Virus record (IMG/VR): IMGVR_UViG_2917849834_000007
Location: 1 to 33,433 of that record
Origin: a virus
Taxonomy: Duplodnaviria > Heunggongvirae > Uroviricota > Caudoviricetes
Length of the DNA: 33,433 nucleotides
Reading direction: 5' to 3' (one strand)
Positions 18,917 to 26,652 of this stretch are shown in pieces. How positions within the stretch are numbered: the stretch's first letter is position 1; every line of letters begins with the position of its first letter. The notes below the pieces were generated by a model. The model had not been told where the DNA came from. It did not search any database and saw only the letters and a list, made by a program, of their open reading frames with translations. The position numbers and the translations under genes were made by a program.

Positions 18917-18974
18917 ATTTGTTCCTGAAATTAAGGGTTAATCGTGAAGGTTTTCCCGGACTGACTGACGACGG

Positions 18975-19829
18975 TCAGCAGTTCGTCATCAGGGCGTCAC
19001 CGCCACCGCCGGTGGCCTTGCTGCGGCGCTGCTGGGTCAGACTTTCGGTGTGGTCGAGACTGTTTTTCAGGCGGGTGAATGCCTGGCTGGTTTCATCCGC
19101 CCTGTCAGTCACATCCTGCTTAAGTGCGGAAAAGGCGTTTTCCATCTCAGCGAGGCGCTGCTCAGTGGCGCTCAGTTTTTCCTGCACATGTTCAGCAACA
19201 GCGGTCACCGCTTCATGCACGTCATTCAGACGGGCGTCATCGCTGGCCTGTTTGCGGCCAAAAATGGATTTCACCTTTTCGGTCAGGGCGGTGAACACGG
19301 TTTCAGGCAGGTCTTCAAATTCCAGCTCAACGGGCGTTGCCACTGAAATCAGGTTTTCAGGGCTTAATTTGAAGCGGTTCAGAGGGTTGTGTTTTGCCGT
19401 GCGGCAGAATTCCAGGTATTCCGTGCCGAGGCTTGCCGGGTCATCGGTGACGGCCAGACCCACCAGATAACATTTGCCGGTGTTGGCAAAGTTCGGCTGA
19501 ATTTCCATTGAGGTGTAGACCTTCTGCGCGGCCTTGTTCATCGCGATAAGGTCATCGGTCGGGGTGATTTTTGCAAACAGCGCCCATTTGCCTTTCAGCG
19601 CCGAATCATCGTCAATCTTTTCGGCCTTCAGTTCGACCACATCGCCATAACGTTTAAAAATACCGTCAGGCAGGATGCCGCGCAGATGTTCCAGGTTAAT
19701 ACGGCAACCATAGACACGCGGGTCAAAGGTTTCGGCCATTTCCTGAATATCCTGCGCACTGATGACACGCCCGTCACAGGTGTCACCCTCAACGCCGATA
19801 CGAAAGAATTTTGAGACTTTTTTTGCCAT
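18975..19829 (-). CDS. O: Capsid scaffolding protein O, 284 aa
   Basis: Internal ATG at 19827-19829 of ORF 18975..19895 gives MAKKVSKFFRIGVEGDT...; AGGA ribosome-binding site upstream. Confidence 0.85.
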   Translation of the reverse strand: MAKKVSKFFRIGVEGDTCDGRVISAQDIQEMAETFDPRVYGCRINLEHLRGILPDGIFKRYGDVVELKAEKIDDDSALKGKWALFAKITPTDDLIAMNKAAQKVYTSMEIQPNFANTGKCYLVGLAVTDDPASLGTEYLEFCRTAKHNPLNRFKLSPENLISVATPVELEFEDLPETVFTALTEKVKSIFGRKQASDDARLNDVHEAVTAVAEHVQEKLSATEQRLAEMENAFSALKQDVTDRADETSQAFTRLKNSLDHTESLTQQRRSKATGGGGDALMTNC

Positions 19830-20002
19830 TGTCAGGAGTCCTGAATAGTGATTAGAGGAGTCACATGTCGGCATCAGTTTCCCGACGATGCGCATCCTCC
19901 GCCATCAGTCCCGGATGGCTTATCACTGACACAACAGCACCTTAGCGAATCGCGGGGCGCGACTAAGTAGCCTTGCCGTGTATTCATCACGGCGAGGTAT
20001 TC
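19830..20002. promoter_or_regulatory. Divergent O/P intergenic region, expected to hold the Ogr-dependent late promoters for the P-Q and O-N-M-L-X-Y... operons
   Basis: Position only, by analogy to P2; I could not find an exact TGT-N12-ACA element by eye. Confidence 0.4.
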
Positions 20003-21775
20003 ATGACCATCACCACAGACACCACTCTTTTACACGACCCGCGTCGTCAGGCGGCGCTGCTGTACTGGCAGGGATTTTCCGTGCCGCAGATTGCCGCCAT
20101 GTTGCAGATGAAACGCCCGACAGTGCAGAGCTGGAAACAGCGCGACGGCTGGGACAACGTTGCCCCCATCAGCCGTGTCGAAATGAGCCTGGAAGCGCGG
20201 CTGACCCAGCTCATCATCAAACCGCAGAAAACCGGCGGTGACTTCAAGGAAATTGACCTGCTGGGACGCCAGATTGAACGACTGGCACGGGTAAATCGCT
20301 ACAGCCAGACCGGCAACGAGGCAGACCTTAATCCGAACGTCGCTAACCGCAACAAAGGCGGGCGGCGCAAACCGAAAAAGAATTTTTTCAGTGACGAGGC
20401 CATCGAAAAGCTGGAGCAGATTTTCTTTGAGCAGTCTTTCGAATATCAGTTGCACTGGTATCGTGCCGGGCTTGAGCACCGCATCCGCGATATCCTGAAA
20501 TCCCGCCAGATTGGCGCGACGTTTTATTTTTCCCGCGAGGCGCTGCTGCGCGCCCTGAAAACCGGTCATAACCAGATTTTTCTGTCGGCCAGTAAAACGC
20601 AGGCGTATGTGTTCCGTGAATACATCATCGCCTTTGCCCGTCTGGTTGACGTTGACCTGACCGGTGACCCGATTGTCCTGGGCAATAACGGCGCAAAACT
20701 GATTTTTCTCGGCACCAACTCCAACACCGCACAGAGCCATAACGGCGACCTGTACGTCGATGAGATTTTCTGGATCCCGAATTTTCAGGTACTGCGTAAA
20801 GTGGCATCAGGTATGGCCTCACAGAGTCACCTGCGCTCGACCTATTTCTCCACCCCGTCCACGCTGGCGCACGACGCCTACCCGTTCTGGTCGGGTGAAC
20901 TGTTTAACCGGGGACGCGCCAGCGCCGCCGAACGCGTGGAAATCGACGTCAGTCATAACGCCCTTGCCGGTGGGCTTCTCTGTGCGGACGGCCAGTGGCG
21001 GCAGATTGTCACCATTGAGGACGCCCTGAAAGGTGGCTGCACGCTGTTCGACATTGAGCAGCTCAAACGCGAAAACAGCGCCGACGATTTTAAAAACCTG
21101 TTCATGTGTGAATTTGTTGACGACAAGGCGTCGGTGTTCCCGTTCGAGGAGCTGCAACGCTGCATGGTCGACACGCTGGAAGAATGGGAAGACTACGCGC
21201 CGTTTGCCGCAAATCCGTTCGGCTCCCGCCCGGTATGGATTGGTTACGACCCGTCACACCGTGGCGACAGCGCCGGATGCGTGGTGCTGGCACCGCCGGT
21301 GGTGGCCGGTGGCAAATTCAGGATACTTGAGCGTCACCAGTGGAAAGGCATGGACTTTGCCACCCAGGCTGAATCCATCCGCAAACTCACCGAAAAATAT
21401 AACGTCGAATACATCGGTATTGATGCCACCGGCCTCGGTGTCGGCGTGTTCCAGCTCGTGCGCTCGTTCTATCCCGCCGCGCGCGATATCCGCTACACAC
21501 CGGAAATGAAAACCGCAATGGTGCTCAAGGCAAAAGACGTTATCCGTCGTGGCTGTCTGGAATATGACGTCAGCGCCACCGACATCACCAGCTCGTTTAT
21601 GGCTATCCGCAAGACCATGACCAGCAGCGGACGCAGCGCCACCTATGAGGCCAGCCGCAGCGAGGAAGCCAGCCACGCCGACCTCGCCTGGGCGACCATG
21701 CACGCCCTGTTAAATGAGCCACTCACCGCCGGTATCAGCACCCCGCTGACATCCACCATTCTGGAGTTTTACTGA
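20003..21775 (+). CDS. P: Terminase large (ATPase) subunit P, 590 aa
   Basis: ATG at 20003 inside ORF 19973..21775 gives MTITTDTTLLHDPRRQAALLYWQGF...; stop TGA overlaps the Q start (TGATG at 21773-21777). Confidence 0.9.
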   Translation: MTITTDTTLLHDPRRQAALLYWQGFSVPQIAAMLQMKRPTVQSWKQRDGWDNVAPISRVEMSLEARLTQLIIKPQKTGGDFKEIDLLGRQIERLARVNRYSQTGNEADLNPNVANRNKGGRRKPKKNFFSDEAIEKLEQIFFEQSFEYQLHWYRAGLEHRIRDILKSRQIGATFYFSREALLRALKTGHNQIFLSASKTQAYVFREYIIAFARLVDVDLTGDPIVLGNNGAKLIFLGTNSNTAQSHNGDLYVDEIFWIPNFQVLRKVASGMASQSHLRSTYFSTPSTLAHDAYPFWSGELFNRGRASAAERVEIDVSHNALAGGLLCADGQWRQIVTIEDALKGGCTLFDIEQLKRENSADDFKNLFMCEFVDDKASVFPFEELQRCMVDTLEEWEDYAPFAANPFGSRPVWIGYDPSHRGDSAGCVVLAPPVVAGGKFRILERHQWKGMDFATQAESIRKLTEKYNVEYIGIDATGLGVGVFQLVRSFYPAARDIRYTPEMKTAMVLKAKDVIRRGCLEYDVSATDITSSFMAIRKTMTSSGRSATYEASRSEEASHADLAWATMHALLNEPLTAGISTPLTSTILEFY

Positions 21776-22809
21776 TGAGCAAGAAAAAAGGGAAAACACC
21801 GCAACCTGCGGCAAAAACAATGACCGCCAGCGCCCCGAAAATGGAGGCATTCACCTTCGGTGAGCCGGTACCGGTACTCGACCGGCGTGACATTCTGGAT
21901 TACGTCGAATGCATCAGTAACGGCAGATGGTATGAGCCACCGGTCAGCTTTACCGGTCTGGCAAAAAGCCTGCGTGCTGCCGTACATCACAGCTCACCGA
22001 TTTACGTTAAACGCAATATTCTGGCCTCGACATTTATCCCGCATCCGTGGCTTTCCCAGCAGGATTTCAGCCGCTTTGTGCTGGATTTTCTGGTGTTCGG
22101 TAATGCGTTTCTGGAAAAGCGTTACAGCACCACCGGTAAGGTCATCAGACTGGAAACCTCACCGGCAAAATATACCCGCCGTGGTGTGGAAGAGGATGTT
22201 TACTGGTGGGTGCCGTCCTTCAACGAGCCGACACCTTTCACGCCCGGCTCCGTGTTTCACCTGCTGGAGCCGGATATTAATCAGGAGCTGTACGGCCTGC
22301 CGGAATATCTCAGCGCCCTTAACTCTGCCTGGCTGAATGAGTCGGCCACGCTGTTCCGCCGCAAGTATTACGAAAACGGCGCACATGCCGGATACATCAT
22401 GTACGTCACCGATGCCGTGCAGGATCGCAACGATATCGAAATGCTTCGCGAAAACATGGTTAAGTCGAAAGGCCGCAATAACTTTAAAAACCTGTTTCTC
22501 TATGCCCCACAGGGGAAAGCCGACGGCATTAAAATTATCCCGCTCAGTGAAGTGGCAACGAAAGACGATTTTTTTAATATCAAAAAAGCCAGCGCCGCAG
22601 ACCTGCTGGACGCGCACCGCATCCCCTTTCAGTTGATGGGTGGCAAGCCGGAGAACGTCGGGTCACTGGGAGATATTGAGAAAGTGGCAAAGGTCTTTGT
22701 CCGCAATGAGCTTATCCCGCTACAGGACAGGATTCGGGAAATAAACGGCTGGCTCGGTCAGGAGGTCATCCGCTTTAAAAACTACTCACTGGACACTGAC
22801 AACGGCTGA
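21775..22809 (+). CDS. Q: Portal protein Q, 344 aa
   Basis: ORF track; last gene before cos, as in P2. Confidence 0.9.
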   Translation: MSKKKGKTPQPAAKTMTASAPKMEAFTFGEPVPVLDRRDILDYVECISNGRWYEPPVSFTGLAKSLRAAVHHSSPIYVKRNILASTFIPHPWLSQQDFSRFVLDFLVFGNAFLEKRYSTTGKVIRLETSPAKYTRRGVEEDVYWWVPSFNEPTPFTPGSVFHLLEPDINQELYGLPEYLSALNSAWLNESATLFRRKYYENGAHAGYIMYVTDAVQDRNDIEMLRENMVKSKGRNNFKNLFLYAPQGKADGIKIIPLSEVATKDDFFNIKKASAADLLDAHRIPFQLMGGKPENVGSLGDIEKVAKVFVRNELIPLQDRIREINGWLGQEVIRFKNYSLDTDNG

Positions 22810-22814
22810 ACATC

Positions 22815-22836
22815 GCCGCCTGCGGGCGGCTTTTTT
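22815..22836 (+). terminator. Rho-independent terminator after Q
   Basis: Read directly: gccgcc-tgcg-ggcggc followed by tttttt. Confidence 0.7.
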
Positions 22837-22978
22837 ACACCCCGTCATCACGCCCTCACACGCTCACCACCGCACAAAACATCCCGCAGACCCACCAACG
22901 CCCCGGCGCACAATCCAAACGCCGTCACGACGCGCTCAGACGCTGAAAAAATAAAATCAGCACCACCGCCAGCGCGCA

Positions 22979-22997
22979 GTGCTTTCCCCGCCTCGCC
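22979..22997 (-). other. cos: cos cohesive-end site (19 nt)
   Basis: + strand gtgctttccccgcctcgcc; its reverse complement GGCGAGGCGGGGAAAGCAC is the P2 cohesive end as I recall it; located just beyond Q as in P2. Confidence 0.7.
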
Positions 22998-23120
22998 CGC
23001 CCGCTTCATGGGTCGGTTTTAATGCAGGTGCATGACATGATTTCTCCGCGCCGACACTGGCACGGAGCACTCTTAACAGATAAACAATAATCATGCATTC
23101 TAATGCAGCAACATAAAAGT

Positions 23121-25142
23121 TTATAATTTCCTCAACAATTTCCCATTGTTCTTATCAAAGGATATCATTGTATAGTCATACCCTTCTAATGCCTCTTTTA
23201 AGACATTTTCATCTTCTGATGTAGCAAAAATGATCTGCCCTTGTCCTTTTGTTGTTTCTGCAGCATCTTTAAGTAACTCGGCAAAACTTACTTTATTTGC
23301 TTCTTGTTGACGAGGCTCATCAAACACAATCAATCCAGGGTGATTTGTTTGAAATTTAGAACCAACAACAAATAAACTTATTAAATAACCCCAAATGATT
23401 CTTATTCCATCACTAGCTGATGTGTCAAAACCTATATCATATCCTTCCCTAGTAGGTAAGTAATTATCTTCTGATATTGACACAAGTTTAGAATCAAAAC
23501 TTGTAAAATTATATTTTTCTAATCGTGCAACGACTTCTTTATTAAGAAATTTTAACTTATCGGCATCATTACGCGACAAGAAATTATCTGGCAATCCTTT
23601 TCTTTTCGCGATAAGCTTTTTATATCTACGGTGTAATGAATCCAACTCCAGTCTAATGTCCAATATACTTTTAATGCCATCGTTAATGGCATTAATTTTA
23701 TTCTCAATGTTTATTTTACGTCTCAGAAACTCCTCCTGAACAACCATTGAGGGATATTTTGACTCCCTTAATGCATTAATATCAACTCTAATCTTGGCTA
23801 TTTCCCCCTCTAAATCACTCCTCTCAACATCTTTAAGCTTTAATTGCTTTTCACTATCCGACAGAACAAACTCAAATGCTTTTACTTGCTCTTTAATAAA
23901 GTTCAAACTATCTTCATATGTCATCAGATTTTCTTGCGATGAAAAACTTAGCAAATTATCATTATAACTTGCACCACAAGTCGGACAAATATTTGACATT
24001 AAATCTGTTGACTTATACGCATCCGAAGATGATATTTTCTTTAAATCTTCATACTTCCTTTTATCTTCCAACAGATTATACAATCTGTTTTTGGTCGCCT
24101 GAATTTGATATTGAATATAACTTCTATGCTCACAAATCTCTTTAATCTTTAATTCCAGAGAGTTAATTTCATCATTTTTTTGACCTAATAACTTAACCAC
24201 TGATAATTGTAAAGTTTGTTCTTCTTGCTCACCAAGAGTGTCAAACTTAATTTCTTGCAACTCTTTTTCCAGTTCATTACGAACATCAACAATAGATCTA
24301 ACGACACTACCATTTTTAATAATCAAATCTATCTTATAATGATCAAATTTTGCCACTGGTTGTTCAGGAATCCCTGTGACAACTGACGACAATTTAGAAG
24401 CAATAACTTCTGCATTGTGTTTAATTAACTTCCAATCATGATAAATAATATCAAGCTCATTTCTTAACGAACTACGCAATAAAATATTATCATTAACATC
24501 AAGAGACATTAAAAATTCTAGAGCTCTTTTCTTTGGCTCTTTAATTCCAAATTGTGTTGGTACAGTCGCCATAATTGACGACCATCCTTTTTTTTGCTCA
24601 ACATACCATGCAGGGAAAAGTACGGATGGATAAAGAATAGTGTCCTTCCCATTATGGTTTGGAACATTTGGCAAACTCCAACCTATAAAATCAGCTAACC
24701 ACTTATAGAAACCACGTTCCCTTTCAGTATCGCCCTCTCTATGTAAAAAATAAGTACCACTCTTACTTTTTACATTATTCTTCTCATCTATATAAATAAC
24801 ATTATTATTATCGTGACCGATAATATTCCTTTTCAAAGATGCTTCTATTCCCTTATGATTCTTTATTTTTAGCAAAACATAAGATGATATTACACTAACT
24901 TCAACATTATCTTTTGTCGTTAGTGCTCTAGTCAAAGATGGAGGGAATGGGATTTTTCCAGAACCGACACCTAATGCCTTTTCCATCCCAAGTGCATATG
25001 CAATCCCATTCATGCAAGTTGATTTACCATGAGAATTCTCAACTCTTAATAAAAACAAGCCATTTGAAAAAGGTATACTAACACCATAACGCCCATCCGA
25101 AGTATTTGCTACTAACTCCAATGAAATAATTTCCAACGACAT
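23121..25142 (-). CDS. Rad50/SbcC-like coiled-coil ABC ATPase with CPxC zinc hook, 673 aa; third gene of cargo operon
   Basis: Hand-checked motifs: Walker A ENSHGKST near 25013-25036; central coiled coil with CPTCG near 23971-23988; Walker B GLIVFDEP near 23310-23340; signature-like SASDG. ATG at 25140-25142 with AGGTGGG ribosome-binding site. Low GC. Confidence 0.8.
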   Translation of the reverse strand: MSLEIISLELVANTSDGRYGVSIPFSNGLFLLRVENSHGKSTCMNGIAYALGMEKALGVGSGKIPFPPSLTRALTTKDNVEVSVISSYVLLKIKNHKGIEASLKRNIIGHDNNNVIYIDEKNNVKSKSGTYFLHREGDTERERGFYKWLADFIGWSLPNVPNHNGKDTILYPSVLFPAWYVEQKKGWSSIMATVPTQFGIKEPKKRALEFLMSLDVNDNILLRSSLRNELDIIYHDWKLIKHNAEVIASKLSSVVTGIPEQPVAKFDHYKIDLIIKNGSVVRSIVDVRNELEKELQEIKFDTLGEQEEQTLQLSVVKLLGQKNDEINSLELKIKEICEHRSYIQYQIQATKNRLYNLLEDKRKYEDLKKISSSDAYKSTDLMSNICPTCGASYNDNLLSFSSQENLMTYEDSLNFIKEQVKAFEFVLSDSEKQLKLKDVERSDLEGEIAKIRVDINALRESKYPSMVVQEEFLRRKINIENKINAINDGIKSILDIRLELDSLHRRYKKLIAKRKGLPDNFLSRNDADKLKFLNKEVVARLEKYNFTSFDSKLVSISEDNYLPTREGYDIGFDTSASDGIRIIWGYLISLFVVGSKFQTNHPGLIVFDEPRQQEANKVSFAELLKDAAETTKGQGQIIFATSEDENVLKEALEGYDYTMISFDKNNGKLLRKL

Positions 25143-25143
25143 A

Positions 25144-25620
25144 TTAACCCACCTGAAATATTTTATTAATGTTAGTTTCGGACAGTCCAGCCTTATGTTT
25201 ATTTAGCACCAACCTTTCTTCTTTGAACACATCAAGAGAAAGCAATTTCTCAGCGACCTTAAGCCCCTTTTCATTTATTTTGAACGCTCGTTCATTTCTC
25301 AAAATAAAATCCTCTGCTAATAATAGCTGTATTGCTCTATCTAAAGTTGGATCCAATCTTACTTCAGGCTTTAAACCTTCTTTGTTTAAAAGCCAGAATT
25401 CAAACATTGCTTCATTATTCTCTGACTTTAACATCCAATTAATTAAATGAAGTTTTTTTAAAGAACAGCAACCAGCTCTCCCTGTGACAAGGAATATTAT
25501 CAGCAACAAACTGCAACGCCACAATGGTCTCATATCACATGGCAAATGTTCAGGTCGTTTATTAAACGTAAACGGCCTTCCTATTATTTCATCTATCGTT
25601 ATATGCATTTGCTTTTCCAT
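25144..25620 (-). CDS. Small protein of unknown function, 158 aa; possible middle component
   Basis: ORF track; ATG at 25618-25620; stop TAA 25144-25146 is 1 nt from the ATPase start; start is 1 nt from the stop of the upstream gene. Low GC. Confidence 0.7.
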   Translation of the reverse strand: MEKQMHITIDEIIGRPFTFNKRPEHLPCDMRPLWRCSLLLIIFLVTGRAGCCSLKKLHLINWMLKSENNEAMFEFWLLNKEGLKPEVRLDPTLDRAIQLLLAEDFILRNERAFKINEKGLKVAEKLLSLDVFKEERLVLNKHKAGLSETNINKIFQVG

Positions 25621-25621
25621 T

Positions 25622-26542
25622 CTAAAAATCTAAAGGGCATCTTATAAGCCAATCAGAAATAACTCCCCATGTTATCTTATCCAAGTCAGCCTGTTTAAGC
25701 GTACTAACTTCCTCTTCAATACATTTCTTTAACAAAGCGATTTCATCTTTCATTATATCTGATGGTTTCGCATCTGATGAAGTAAGAAGAAAGAGACCTA
25801 CCAAATTACGTTCTCTATGTTGAACACAGTTATAGATAATTTCATAGATATCAACCCAGTCTCTCTTCAAAGCATCCAGCAAGTTTTGATAATCAAGATA
25901 TTTTTGTATTAAAAACTCTCTATATAAACCCTGCCTAGATACATCATCATTTATCTTAGGTAATTTTAAATTTAGCTTATCTAAAAAAGATGTATTTTCA
26001 CTAATAAAGTTAGCAGCATTCTCAGCCGTCGCATCATTTATATTAAAGCTTAATTGATAGTTATTTTTGCGAAGAAAGAACGCTTCTTCTATATAATTTC
26101 GATCTGTTTGCACTACTATTTGAAAATCATCAGCAACGTAAGAAATCCCTAACTCTCTTACTTTTAATGATTTTTTTGTGCAATATTGACTTAATTTCGC
26201 CGATTTATTATATGGTGTAGCTAATATCCAGCGGCTAATTTTTAATGTGCCAAAAAGCTCCTCTAATTCTTTAATGTTATCCTGAGAAAACTTTTTTATA
26301 TCAGTATAAATCTTTTTTTGTTGCGCTTTATAAAGCTTATCAATATCACTCGACTGCTCAGGCAAGTAACACTGAAAAACATGACCACTCAGAGTGTAAC
26401 ACTCCAGCCCAAAGTCGCCTCCATGCTCATCTGGCAAGTCACAACAGTTAGCAGGCTTATAATGTAGCCAAACAATATTTTTGAAATATGATTCCCACGC
26501 TTTTGGGTCACTATAAGGATCGTTATACATCGCCAAGCCCAT
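25622..26542 (-). CDS. Protein of unknown function, 306 aa; candidate effector, first gene of cargo operon
   Basis: ORF track; ATG at 26540-26542; N-terminal Cys/His/acidic cluster (NCCDLPDEHGGDFGLECY) that I cannot assign to a fold. Low GC. Confidence 0.7.
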   Translation of the reverse strand: MGLAMYNDPYSDPKAWESYFKNIVWLHYKPANCCDLPDEHGGDFGLECYTLSGHVFQCYLPEQSSDIDKLYKAQQKKIYTDIKKFSQDNIKELEELFGTLKISRWILATPYNKSAKLSQYCTKKSLKVRELGISYVADDFQIVVQTDRNYIEEAFFLRKNNYQLSFNINDATAENAANFISENTSFLDKLNLKLPKINDDVSRQGLYREFLIQKYLDYQNLLDALKRDWVDIYEIIYNCVQHRERNLVGLFLLTSSDAKPSDIMKDEIALLKKCIEEEVSTLKQADLDKITWGVISDWLIRCPLDF

Positions 26543-26652
26543 AAATCAATTTTTTGTAGTATAACTTCTTACACATCAAAGAGTAAATCCACCTAGTTTG
26601 CAAATTATCAACCTACAAGAGTGTTTCGGTGTGCAGATTTTTCATATTTAGA
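26543..26652 (-). promoter_or_regulatory. Intergenic region between A stop and the cargo operon; candidate sigma70 promoter
   Basis: Minus strand reads ...TTTACT-(18 nt)-TATACT-(about 19 nt)-ATG; -10-like hexamer at + coords 26558-26563. Read by eye only. Confidence 0.3.

Noticed and set aside
23121-25142. 673-aa ATPase as a housekeeping SbcC or an OLD-family nuclease
   Set aside because: There is no adjacent SbcD/Mre11-like gene, and I saw no TOPRIM-like C-terminal nuclease motif; the protein ends in the ABC Walker B and D-loop region. This is an eye-level judgement and should be confirmed by profile search.
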